Shown: positions 37,076-49,984, counted from the stretch's first letter. The stretch: DNA of 64,000 nucleotides from Heptranchias perlo (GCF_035084215.1 NC_090370.1:6200001-6264000), one strand, 5' to 3'. Numbers and translations are program-made. The notes: generated by a model not told the origin, from the letters alone.

Positions 37076-38265
37076 ATCTTAAAAAAGCCGATCTCCCATG
37101 GCATTGCTCGTGGTAAGTCAGATGATCTGCTTGCAGGATTGTTATACCATGTAATGCGCAATATATTAGACTGCTGCTGCTAATGTGTAGTGTTGTTTAA
37201 CCAAGCCGGCCCCTTTAAGGCCACACAAATCCAATCTCTGTCCACAAGGGACATACTGGGGTCAGTTAGAGGTTAATTGCCATTGGTACGGAAAGTTCAT
37301 AAATTGGCAGGTGCTCGAAAATTTCCAGCTCTAGGTCAGAAGAAACCAGCATTAAATGACTGCCTCTTTTTAAAATACACTTTATATTTCATATCTGAAA
37401 TATGAAAGGCCCGTGTTAGACGAAGCTGTGTCCCTTTAAGGCCACAAAGTTTAATTGCTATTAGGTAACATTCAGAATTCAGTTGCTGTTCAACCTGTAT
37501 GTCACAACCTTAACTTTGTTCGTCTTTTTTTTAAACGCGTGATTGCCAAGCTGCAGACATTGTGATTTTGGTATTTTCTGCTACTGAGAAGTTTAACTGT
37601 ACATTGCAAATGGCTGCCTTTGATTCTTTATACTTTTTTTCTAAACTGTGGCACAGATATCAGATTGTGACAGAATTGTGGCAGACAGGAGTAGTTGGGG
37701 AAGAGCAGTGAAGGGAGGAGGACTGAGGAGTGGAGGAAGTAATGGCGTAGTGACTATTTGGGAAAAATGGAGCAATGAGGAGCTGGTGTGCAGATTAGGA
37801 TACTAAGAATCTGGGTTGTTAATAGGAGAGAAAAAGACAATGGTGAACGGGAGTCAAATAAAAAGCAGAGAAAATGAAATTGAAGAAAAAAAGAGTTGAG
37901 CAATAGGCCGTTAAAAAGTGTGGGGAATCTGGGGAATAGCTTGAAAAAACACGGCACAAAACAACAGCGCACAATGGAGCTTAAAAAAGAGCTGCAGAAG
38001 GGAAAAAAGCGCATAATGCAGCTTGAAAAAACAGATGGAGGAAAAACAACGCGGCTTGAAAAAAAAGCGGCAAAAGAATAAAAACAGCGAGCATGCTTGC
38101 AAAAAAAAGCGGCAAAATGGGGAAAACCTCGCACTATGAGGCTTGAAACAAGCAATACCTGGAAAGGCATAAAAGCGCACAATAGAGCTTGACAATAGAG
38201 CTGGACATTGAAAAAAGGCGCACAATGGAGAATTAAAAAAAACGCAGGGAAAGGAAGAGAACTGT

Positions 38266-41200
38266 TCACAATAGAGCTTAAAAAGGAGAGAGTAAACAGC
38301 TCACAATAGGGTTTAAAAAAGGAGAAAGTAAACAGCTCACAATAGAGCTTAAACAAGGAGAATGTAAACAGCTCACAAAATAAAGCTTAAAAAGGAGAAA
38401 GTAAACAGCTCACAATAGAGCTTATAAAGGAGAAAGTAAATAGCTCACAATAGAGCTTCAAAAAGGAGAAAGTAAACAGCTCACAATAGGGTTTAAAAAG
38501 GAGAAAGTAAACAGCTCACAATAGAGCTTATAAAGGAGAAAGTAAACAGCTCACAATAGAGCTTATAAAGGAGAAAGTAAACAGCTCACAATAGAGCTTA
38601 AAAAGGAGAAAGTAAACAGCTCACAATAGAGCTTATAAAGGAGAAAGTAAATAGCTCACAATAGAGCTTCAAAAAGGAGAAAGTAAACAGCTCACAATAG
38701 GGTTTAAAAAGGAGAAAGTAAACAGCTCACAATAGAGCTTATAAAGGAGAAAGTAAACAGCTCACAATAGAGCTTATAAAGGAGAAAGTAAACAGCTCAC
38801 AATAGAGCTTAAAAAGGAGAAAGTAAACAGCTCACAATAGAGCTTAAAAAGGAGAAAGTAAACAGCTCACAATAGGGTTTAAAAAAGGAGAAAGTAAACA
38901 GCTCACAATAGAGCTTATAAAGGAGAAAGTAAACAGCTCACAATAGAGTTTAAAAAAGGAGAAAGTAAACAGCTCACAATAGGGTTTAAAAAGGAGAAAG
39001 TAAACAGCTCACAATAGAGCTTATAAAGGAGAAAGTAAACAGCTCACGATAGAGCTTAAAAAGGAGAGAGTAAACAGCTCACAATAGGGTTTGAAAAGGA
39101 GAAAGTAAACAGCTCACAATAGAGCATAAAAAGGAGAGAGTAAACAGCTCACAATAGAGCTTAAAAAGGAGAGAGTAAACAGCTCACAATAGAGCTTAAA
39201 AAGGAGAGAGTAAACAGCTCACAATAGAGCGTAAAAAGGAGAGAGTAAACAGCTCACAATAGAGCGTAAAAAGGAGAGAGTAAACAGCTCACAATAGAGC
39301 TTAAAAAAGGAGAAAGTAAACAGCTCACAATAGGGTTTAAAAAGGAGAAAGTAAACAGCTCACAATAGAGCTTATAAAGGAGAGAGTAAACAGCTCACAA
39401 TAGAGCATAAAAAGGAGAAAATAAACAGCTCACAATAGAGCTTAAAAAGGAGAGAGTAAACAGCTCACAATAGAGCGTAAAAAGGAGAGAGTAAACAGCT
39501 CACAATAGAGCGTAAAAAGGAGAGAGTAAACAGCTCACAATAGAGCTTAAAAAAGGAGAAAGTAAACAGCTCACAATAGGGTTTAAAAAGGAGAAAGTAA
39601 ACAGCTCACAATAGAGCTTAAAAAGGAGAAAGTAAACAGCTCACAATAGAGCTTATAAAGGAGAAAGTAAACAGCTCACAATAGAGCTTAAAAAGGAGAA
39701 AGTAAACAACTCACAATAGAGCTTAAAAAAGACAAAATAAACAGCTCACAATAGAGCTTATAAAGGAGAGAGTAAACAGCTCACTATAGAGTTTAAAACG
39801 GAGAAAGTAAACAGCTCACAATAGAGCTTATAAAGGAGAAGGTAAACAGCTCACAATAGAGCTTGTAAAGGAGAGAGTAAACAGCTCACAATAGAGCTTA
39901 AAAAGGAGAAAGTAAACAGCTCACAATAGAGCTTATAAAGGAGAAAGTAAACAGCTCACAATAGAGCTTATAAAGGAGAGAGTAAACAGCTCACAATAGA
40001 GCATAAAAAGGAGAAAATAAACAGCTCACAATAGAGCTTAAAAAGGAGAGAGTAAACAGCTCACAATAGAGCGTAAAAAGGAGAGAGTAAACAGCTCAGA
40101 ATAGAGCGTAAAAAGGAGAGAGTAAACAGCTCACAATAGGGTTTAAAAAGGAGAAAGTAAACAGCTTACAATAGAGTTTAAAAAGGAGAAAGTAAACAGC
40201 TCACAATAGAGCTTAAAAAGGAGAAAGTAAACAGCTCACAATAGAGCTTAAAAAGGAGAAAGTAAACAGCTCACAATAGAGCTTATAAAGGAGAAAGTAA
40301 ACAGCTCACAATAGAGTTTAAAAAGGAGAGAGTGAACAGCTCACAATAGAGCTTAAAAAGGAGAAAGTAAACAGCTCACAATAGAGCTTAAAAAGGAGAA
40401 AGTAAACAGCTCACAATAGAGCTTATAAAGGAGAACGCAAACAGCTCACAATAGAGCTTAAAAAGGAGAAAGTAAACAACTCACAATAGAGCTTAAAAAA
40501 GACAAAGTAAACAGCTCACAATAGAGCTTATAAAGGAGAGAGTAAACAGCTCACAATAGAGTTTAAAACGGAGAAAGTAAACAGCTCACAATAGAGCTTA
40601 TAAAGGAGAAAGTAAACAGCTCACAATAGAGCTTGTAAAGGAGAGAGTAAACAGCTCACAATAGAGCTTAAAAAGGAGAATGTAAACAGCTCACAATAGA
40701 GCTTATAAAGGAGAAAGTAAACAGCTCACAATAGAGCTTAAAAAGGAGAAAGTAAACAGCTCACAATAGAGCTTGTAAAGGAGAGAGTAAACAGCTCACA
40801 ATAGAGTTTAAAACGGAGAAAGTAAACAGCTCACAATAGAGTTTAAAAAGGAGAAAGTAAACAGCTCACAATCGAGTTTAAAAAGGAGAAAGTAAACAGC
40901 TCACAATAGGGTTTAAAAAGGAGAAAGTAAACAGCTCACAATAGAGTTTAAAAAAGGAGAAAGTAAACAGCTCACAATAGAGCTTATAAAGGAGAAAGTA
41001 AACAGCTCACAATAGAGTTTAAAAAAGGAGAAAGTAAACAGCTCACAATAGAGTTTAAAAAGGAGAGAGTGAACAGCTCACAATAGAGCTTAAAAAGGAG
41101 AAAGTAAACAGCTCACAATAGAGCTTAAAAAGGAGAAAGTAAACAGCTCACAATAGAGCTTATAAAGGAGAACGCAAACAGCTCACAATAGAGCTTAAAA

Positions 41201-41412
41201 AGGAGAAAGTAAACAACTCACAATAGAGCTTAAAAAAGACAAAGTAAACAGCTCACAATAGAGTTTAAAAAGGAGAAAGTAAACAGCTCACAATAGAGTT
41301 TAAAAAGGAGAAAGTAAACAGCTCACAATAGAGTTTAAAAAGGAGAAAGTAAACAGCTCACAATGGAGCTTAAAACGGAGAAAGTAAACAGCTCACAATG
41401 GTGCTTAAAAAT
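38266..41412. repeat. 35-bp minisatellite, about 90 copies, in Wnt1 intron 3
   Basis: Unit aaaggagaaagtaaacagctcacaatagagctt(aa/at), highly homogeneous. Confidence 0.98.
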
Positions 41413-41644
41413 GCGCAGAAAAACCAAATATTTCCATCTCCTGCACAACGAATGAATTGAATCCCTGAGATTTTATGATTAAATGTGTATCTTCTAGAGG
41501 TATTTACTTGGCCAGCAGGACGGGCACCTCTACTGAATGAAGTGTTTATTTCACACGCACAGTTCGGGGGACCGTGTAGCCATGACATAAATGAAACCTG
41601 CAAGAGCTGCTGACTCGGTTGATACCTGAAGCACAACCACTTTT

Positions 41645-41740
41645 ATTCATTTCCATAGATGCTGCCTGACTGCTGAGTGTCTTCCAGCATTTTCTGTATT
41701 TTTTTCAGATTTCCAGCATCCGCAGTATTTTGTTTTTATT
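41645..41740 (+). mobile_element. Short chondrichthyan-type interspersed repeat fragment
   Basis: ccatagatgctgcctgactgctgagtgtcttccagcatt...cagatttccagcatccgcagtattttg is a motif I recognise as abundant in shark and ray genomes; family uncertain. Confidence 0.5.
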
Positions 41741-42216
41741 TATTTAATGTTCAGCTGGCGGGAGAGGCGGGTGAACTCAATTAGTTCATAATTTGTTGGC
41801 CTCACGTGGTCACACACGGAGTAAGAGGGAAAAGATGAAGCCAGCAGATAAATTAAGCGCAAAACTGAATGAATTCATTTATACCTAAAACAGAACCATT
41901 TATCTATTTAATTCTCAGTAAGTGAGTCAGGCCTAATTATTTTACGTTGGCTTAAATATTGAGAATATATTCGTGCTGAAGGAGACCAAAAGATCGAAAT
42001 AGTATTGGGGAAGATTCAAAAAATATCTTGTTCGTTTGTAAATTCTTCCTCACCACAAGCAAGTGTTCTGTTTACTGGGGGGAACCAGACCTCCCAGGCG
42101 AGAGAACCAGCCGGGGAACAAATTCTCATGGGAGAGATAATCTAATCACAGCTAAGTATAATGAATGATAGAGTGCCACCTAAATTGGAGACAAAGGTCG
42201 GAGGACTCAACATATC

Positions 42217-42573
42217 AAGTGTAGTCACTGTTGTAATGTAGGAAACATGGCAGCCAACTTGCGCACAGCAAGATCCCACATACAGCAATGAGATAAATAA
42301 CCAGATAATCTGTTTTTAATGATGTTGGTTGAGGAATGGCCAGGACACCAGGGAGAACTCCCCTGCTCTTCAAAATAGTGCCACTCGAGAGGGCAGACAG
42401 GGCCTCAGTTTAACATCTTATCTGAAAGACAGCACCTCCGGCAGTGCAGCACTCCCTCAGTACTGCACTGAAGAGTCCATCTAGATTTTGTTCTCAAGTC
42501 TCTGGAGTGGAACTTGAACCCACAGTCTTCTGACTCAGAGGCGAGAGTGCGACCAACTGAGCCACAGCTGACA
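42217..42573 (-). mobile_element. Deu-domain SINE (tail-truncated)
   Basis: Collinear with 12941-13404; head ...actgagccacagctgaca. Confidence 0.85.
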
Positions 42574-45164
42574 TCTAGAGACAAAGAAGTAAGTGTTTGA
42601 TTGATTCTTGGAGAATAAAAATTTCCTTACCAACTGCAAGTAACTAAATAAATTTGTTCCTCACATACCACAATTATATAGATAAGTAAATAAATCTCTG
42701 CATGGCTCATGAGGGGAAGTATTCCTTTTACTAGGATATCAAATAAGCACTCTGTTGCATCTGTTTAGGGTGAGGGTTTTTACAGTGAGGGCGAAGAAAT
42801 ATAAAACATAAGATTAAACTAATTAACACCTTTCCTTTTTAACCAAATATTTCTATAACAGTAATTTATTTAAGGAGAACCTATTAGTAACAAATATGTT
42901 TAAATATATGCTTTTTTATTCAGAACTTTGTTGTAAACTTGAATAATGGTCCAGTACTTCAAAACTTGCTGCTTATATTGTTTTCTTTGGTTGCTTTGTG
43001 TCTTTCTCAAATTCATCAATAAAATAACTGTAGCTGCTATAACCATTTACATTGCATTACAAAATATCAATCAAAATTAAACAATGGCAACATTTCAAAA
43101 TGCAAAGTTCCACTATAGTCATTTATATTTTATTTCAACAAAGTTACAAAAGAACTTCTGGTTACTTTTATTGCTGCTAAAAATGACTTCCCTCAGGATT
43201 TTCATCCTCAGTAAGATGAACAGGGGTGAAGGAGAGGACAAGGCTTATAAGCAGCAAATCCTAGTGCTTTCTGTGAATGGGCAGACTTGCTGTAAAGCAC
43301 AGTAATAACTCTGGGAGTTGTAGGCCCAGCCTCCCACTGGAGCTTGTAGCCTGCTATCCTGTGGAGTCTCTCCAGCTGACAGTGATAGTTCTGGGAAGCC
43401 AAATGGACTCAAGTCTCAGACGTCTCTGACTGACACATGGCTCCAAGGAAAAACATTGTTCGAGGCATTTCAAAAACACAAAATGTTATTGTATAGATAA
43501 TCATTTTCTTATAAATGTTGACATTTTTATGTCTTTATTATGTTACAAGATTTATTTCCAGTAGAAAGTCCTCAGCTTAGTGAAGAAAGCAAGATGGCAA
43601 CTGAAAGGTCAAAAATACTTGGAAGCTATTTCATTGGTTCCCCTTCTTTTGTTTATTAGTAACTTTTATGGACTCTCAGTGTTGATTTGTTGTTTACATA
43701 CATCCTCAATAGTTTCTCACTGGAGATTTATGTATCCACTTTATCTGCTTTTCATTAGTATGTTCCCCATTGGTTCACTTGTGATTTGTTCCAGTGTTAT
43801 GAATATGAACTACGAGATAATGAGGTGCAGGTGTGACACGATTTGCATATATAAAAGTGTGATGCCTGAAGTGCAATGGACAAAACGTGTGCCAGAAGAA
43901 TATATACTATTCTGGTATCACACATTACTATATCTATCTTTAGGAATCTGATTACTCATTACTTAATTAATTTTCTGTAAATTAATAGAAACTATTTGAA
44001 CAAATATTACATTTAATTTTGTTGTAATATATTTTAAACACTATTAATAACAAGAAACATTAGATGATTACTGATAAATGTCTAAATTTACTCAGTAAAT
44101 ATGGAATGAATGCAATTGGTAAGCTTCTGAACTTTAATAGACATGCTTGGCCTTCCAAAAACTAAATTTATATGAATTGCATTGAAAACTACTCAGCTTT
44201 AGCAATTAGCTCATCTCTAGCATGAGACAGTTTGTTGGTACCAATTTTTTATGAATCAATTTAAGAATGTGTGTGTGGGATCAAGGATTATTATACTGTT
44301 GAGAAACATTGGAGGATTAGTTGGTCTTTGCAGATTTATAAATGAAATGCACCTCATTAAATGACAGTAATTCTGCTAAGCCACACATAGTAACCTTTAT
44401 ACCATATTTCCACGTGGAGCACCAGTCGAGATAAGACTATGACTCTGTAGCCCCAGTTCTTCAACCTGCATTCCCTGCAAGTGTGGCTTCCTGCTAGGAG
44501 TGAGGGACTGCAGAATTGCCCCTTTAAGTGGGGTCTTTTTACCAGGGTATAAACTTGAATGAACCTCCCCCCCCCACCAGAATAATTTAATTTATTGTGA
44601 TGTTATAGACATATACTCAGTAACAAGGTAATATGGCAGTAGTTCTGTACAAATCTAATTGTCTGATTTGGTAGTTTAGCCGTACATTTCCAATCAGGCT
44701 GAAATATCCAGTTGTCTGATTGTGTTTTAATGAGAAGTGGAGTTTCTTTATTAGCAAGTTAAACTGTTAGAGTACATGGAAAATAGACAACACAATGCCA
44801 CCTTGAAGAGTATACACTTTAATCTATTTCTCTATTTTATGTATATACGTTTTGCATCTAGCATGCCTTTTGTCTATCGCATTATACTTGCCTATTTATG
44901 CAAATTTCATATTCATAAAATAGCAATGAATCACAATGGAAGAGGTGGGGAGCGTACAAATAAAATACATGGACTGCAAGTAGAAAAACTACGAATGAGG
45001 AACTATTAAGGACGTATGAAAACAACAAAGCAAGCATGAGAGTCAGCAAAATCTACCCACAAAAGAAAGCATGCAATCAAGTTGCTCCGAATAATTTCTT
45101 GAAGATTATCTCTGTCGCCATCATGGTTTCTCCACTAAGCTGAAGACTTACTACTAGAAATAAG

Positions 45165-45339
45165 GGCCCTGAATCTCTGGAGGGTTGTCCCGATCTTCTG
45201 CTGCAACCTCAGCAGGAGACCAGAGGAACCCCGGGAGAAAAAGCACAACAGACCATTTACACTGTTTCTCTGGGAGTTCCGCTGATCTCCTGAAGTTACA
45301 GTGGGACATTAAGACAACCCCTATGGGAAATTCAGGGCC
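45165..45339. mobile_element. Palindromic MITE (PIF/Harbinger-like) with 3-bp TSD
   Basis: TIR ggccctgaatctctggagggttgtc pairs with gacaacccctatgggaaattcagggcc; internal arms also pair; AAG on both flanks (45162-45164, 45340-45342). Confidence 0.7.
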
Positions 45340-46599
45340 AAGGTTCGTAACACAATAAAGATATAAAAATACAAAAAAGTGATTCAACCCTACACCTAAA
45401 ATATTCCGTGTTCAAAATGTCTCTAACAACACCAGAGGACTGCCCTTGTCTGATGAATCTAAATGTTAAGGTTATGGGGTTGACAGAGTTAACAGTCACA
45501 ACTGAAGAGACTCAACAAGGTAGTGGGCCGTTGCGTGCAGCTCGTAAAATTTTTTTTTTCTTGGTATAAATGGTCACAAAGTAAAGCATGTACACTTCCA
45601 ACTTCTTCCGAGGTAAATTGGAAAACAAGAATGATGTACGCTATATATTAGCCGATCGTTCACAACTACCGTTAGCAAGCACAGAAGCAACAGCTGAAGT
45701 GGAGAGGGTTGAAATGACTCCGAGCAGGTCCTTATATTTTAAAAAAATCATTCAGAATGGTTACACCACTGCAATTTTTTTGATGTTTATCTTAAAACTC
45801 AAAAAAAAAACTAAGGAAAACAAATTGATTCCTATAGAGATAGTGTCAAGTACACGAAGGATTGTGCCATTATTCAAGTTTGGAGAGAGTTCTGAATAAA
45901 AGTCCTGATTTAAACATGTTTATTTAAGCAGAGCTTTTGGTAACATTAAGTACTGTTGCACAGAAGGAAAAATGCTGATTAATTATTATATATTCCTCAA
46001 CCGTCACTATAAAAACCCACGTTCTAAACAAATGGACAGCAAAGGTGCTGCTCCCTCATATTAGAAACAGAGATTTAATTATGCAAGTGTGGGATGTGAG
46101 GGAATTAAATGTATTTATTGTAATGCAGTGGGTAAGCAAACAGTCTTTTACTTATTTTCCAGGAACCAAAAGCACTGACTTTACTGTCTCTAGGGAAATG
46201 TCTTTTCCAATTCTGGGGAGATCTTACAAACTTCTTTCCAAATTCTTTCAGTGATTATGTGCTCCCCAACCCACTCTAGCAACCCATTGCAACCGCACAG
46301 CATCTGATTCTCCAGAAGGAACACCATAGGCCATCTATTAAATATATAATAAAAAAGCCTTGCACACTTCGACGTCCCACTTCAAAGTGTCACACTGTCA
46401 CGTCAAAATGCTAAACTTGAAAAGTCTCACAATTGGAAGTCTACATCATATTTGCACCTGATTAGCTCAAGTATCATTTCATAAAACATTAACAAAGCGC
46501 AACTGAACAGGTAAGAAACATACTAAACAGGAATGAAAATCACCAATCAAGAATCAGCAGTCGAACCCTACCAATAAAAGATAAGAAAAGATTACTAAT

Positions 46600-46768
46600 G
46601 CTCTACTCCTGCTTCTATTTCTTATCCTACTCCTGCTTCTATTTCTTATGTTCTTATTAGTGCAGGAAAATGGCGTTGAGGTAGAAGATCAGCCATGATC
46701 TTATTGAATGGCGGAGCAGGCTTAAGGGGCCAGATGGCCTACTCCTGCTCCTATTTCTTATGTTCTAA
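46600..46768 (+). mobile_element. CR1/HER1-type 3' tail with duplicated tail fragments
   Basis: gatcagccatgatcttattgaatggcggagcaggc...tggcctactcctgctcctatttcttatgttct, preceded by two more ctactcctgcttctatttcttat copies; related tails at about 51230-51295 and 53965-54010. Confidence 0.75.
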
Positions 46769-48639
46769 TGAGATCAGTCAGAATATTTCTTGAAAATTAT
46801 TTTGGCTACCATCTTGTTTGGTCAGTGACCTGAGGAACATGGTATTGAATAAGGTTGCAAATAAAAATACAATTCACAACAAAAGCATTAAACTTACCCA
46901 TACAGTTGCCTTTCCTATGTATGAAATCACTCCAATAATGTTTCCCTCCAGAGGCTTGCCCTTCTTTCAAGCACCTAGAACTTGAGGCCATAGGGCTTCC
47001 CACAGCTAGCAAAGTCAGCTGAATGAAGACACTCAACCTGGTAGTAGACTAGAATACCCAGAATGCACTCATGTCACTCTGTGCAAGCACTGTGGACAAA
47101 ACTCCAGAATTGCACCTAAGGCTGCCTCCCTTCTGAGACTACATTGGCTGCATAACACACCAAGATTATTTTTTTATGATTGACAGTAAGACTGACCATT
47201 TATAGATTGTGGCAGGACTTACTGTTTGTAAGTCAGGCCCATTCCTCCCTTTCCATCAGTTGACAGAACTAGGTCACAGGGAAGCTATTATTACGACCTT
47301 TGAAGGTAGCGTGATTTTTATTTTGTATTAGAATGTCAAGACAAAGTAAAGCATGAACTTTTGAAGTCTATCTGAGGTAACTTTGACAGGTAAAACTATG
47401 AAATGATTTACAAAGGCATGTTTATTTACATAGCTAAACACATTACAGGCAAAGATTTATTCATTAATTATTTTACTTATTTACCTACAATAGGTGAGAA
47501 AAGCACTATGTACTCAATTTAATGTTTATTTTCTATGAGTAATGCCATGGGAGATCCAGTATTTCTAGCTATATAGTTAAAGTATTGTGTCTAGTGCATC
47601 TCTAGTATCACATATTTTAAAGGTGTCACATCTGAAAATGTGGCTGCAGAATTGTCATACCTGAAAGGTCCACAAAAAATATCATGACTGAAATAACCAT
47701 TTATCTGTTACAATTTCACCAATTAATTAAAATAGGAGCAGGTCAAATATACCAAAAAATACCAATGAGAAATGAGTAACAAACAGAAAATTAAGCAAAT
47801 ATCCAATTGACTAAATGTGAACTAATCAAAAATAGCCAGAAGTACCAATGTGAAACGCATAACCAGCAGGTAACCAAATAATCTAATCCTTCAATTTCTT
47901 TTTGCTCTCCAAAGCTTTCATTCACAAACCAGAAAATGCCACAAAACCAACAAATTAAAAAATCACTCAAAATAATCTCTTGATACTGTTTTTAAGCCAC
48001 CATTTTCTCTCTCCGCTCAGGTGAGTGTATACAGCTAGAAAAAAAAAACATTTATAACATCACAAGCACATAAAACTGTTACAGAACAAAGTATCCACTA
48101 AATTGGTTGTTTAATTTTAGAAATGCCTCAGAGAAGTTTCCCCTAGATTCTGTCTGGGATCTGGGACTTGACTTCTGTTGGATTCCTCAAGGTCCATTCT
48201 TTACTGGGTCTAAATGAAGAGGCTCAGCCATGTAATAGACTCCCAGAATGCACCAGTGTCACTCTGTGCAAGTCACACTTGTGTCTTACACTAGTGTATT
48301 GAAACTCCTCGATTGCACCTGTGGCATTGTGCATATTATTCTGACACCACAACTTCCAGAACACACGTAAACCTGTCACTTTCTCCTCGGTTCAATGCGG
48401 GACAGGAAGGGCGGGGCCCTTGAACAGGAAGTTGTTGCACATTCTGCCGATAGACAGTCTTGCAGTCAGCCATAAAAAATATAGCTGTTCTAAGGATAAA
48501 TCTCAATTTTCTGATTGAACAAACAAAAAATTGTCCCATATACAGCCTTCTGATTGCAAATCAGATCCAGAGGGACAAAAATTCTCAGACCACCTGCCAT
48601 AACCTAAGTACAATTGAATACTTTAATATAAATGCAATC

Positions 48640-49100
48640 GAAGTTCTCTTAGACGGTCTTAAAGGGCTCAAAAAAAACAAGTCGTCAGGGATAAATTGAA
48701 TTTATACCAGAGTATCAAGAGCGATAAAAGAGATTTGTGAGGCATTGAAGGTCGATGAACATTGGGGAAGTGTTAGCAGACTGGAAATATGTTAACATAG
48801 TGTCCATTTACAAAACGGGTCACTATGCAACTACAGACTCTTTAGTCTTACTTCAGTACTGTGTAAAATAATGGAATCAATTATCATGAATAAATGTGAC
48901 GGTTATTAGTACAATAATAATTTCAACATTGATTCAGAAGGGGATGACCCTGCCTCACCAACTGCCTTGATTTTTTGAGAAACTGTCATCACAAGTGGAC
49001 TGTGGTCAGTCCTATAGTATGGTGTAGCTTGACTTCCAAAAAGCATTCGACAAAGTTCCACATGACAGGCTCGTAGTTAAGCCCAAAACTGTGGGAACTC
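48640..49100 (+). mobile_element. Decayed CR1 reverse-transcriptase fragment
   Basis: Frame-broken RT motifs: aactacagac...agtcttacttcagta (NYR..SLTSV) and gacttccaaaaagcattcgacaaagttccacat (DFQKAFDKVPH). Confidence 0.8.
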
Positions 49101-49365
49101 AGTGTATGATATAATCAATATTACTCCATCTCAAAATAAAGTTACATCCTTAATACTCTCCCTACTTACTCCAGATACATTAGATAATGTTACTCTGGAA
49201 TTAATTGTGATTAGTTTTTTTTTGATCCTATTTAGACTCTGTAATAGTACACAGTTCTTCGGTATTAATAATGAGTTCCTATCAGTGCCAAAATGACCCT
49301 AGACGTACAGAGTTATAATATGATAGTCTAACAGACGTGGATGAAATGTAAAGACTGCTACCACG

Positions 49366-49725
49366 GTTTCAGCCATGACTCTGTGGTAGTACTCTGCCTC
49401 TGAGTCAGAAGGTCATGGGTTCAAGTCCTACTCCAGAGACATAATCTAGGCTGACACTTCTGTGCAGTAGTGAAGGAGTGCTATACTGTCAGAGGTGCTG
49501 TCTTGAGATGTTAAACCGAGGCCCTGTCTGCCCTCTCAGGTGCACGTAAAAGAGCCCATGGCACTATTTCAAAGAGAAGGGGAGTTCTCCTTGTGCAAAT
49601 TGGCTACTGTATTTCCTACATTACAACAGTGACTACACTTCAAAAAGTACTTCATTGGCTGTAAAGCGCTATGAGGCGTCCTGAGGTTGTGAAAGACGCT
49701 ATATAAATGCAAGTTCTTTCTTTTT
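49366..49725 (+). mobile_element. Deu-domain SINE, plus orientation (internally deleted)
   Basis: Head tcagccatgactctgtggtag...gggttcaagtcc, tail gacgctatataaatgcaagttctttc; reverse complement of the other copies. Confidence 0.85.
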
Positions 49726-49984
49726 ACTATTAGAGTATCGTTCTATTCAGACAGTATACTAAAATAATATTGAAGCACTTCACCCATAATGTTTATTAGT
49801 ATTTGTGAGATGTATGCATTGGTACAGACTGCAGTATCCCCTCCGTCTCACTAGATCGAGATATGTTGCATCTTCAATAGTTGAGCCAAGAGTGCAATGT
49901 TCTGCAATGTTCTGACAGGGGATCATTACTTTCTAATAAGCAGCACTGTTTATATATACTGATCAATATTTATCAATTTCACAG

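Noticed and set aside
37754-41412. CRISPR-like 35-bp array and Phe-rich or Lys-rich ORFs
   Set aside because: No spacers; head-to-tail minisatellite; the ORFs are low-complexity artefacts.
41580-41740. Possible hammerhead ribozyme of a Penelope-associated repeat
   Set aside because: I could not find the CTGANGA and GAAA catalytic cores with pairing stems in this copy.
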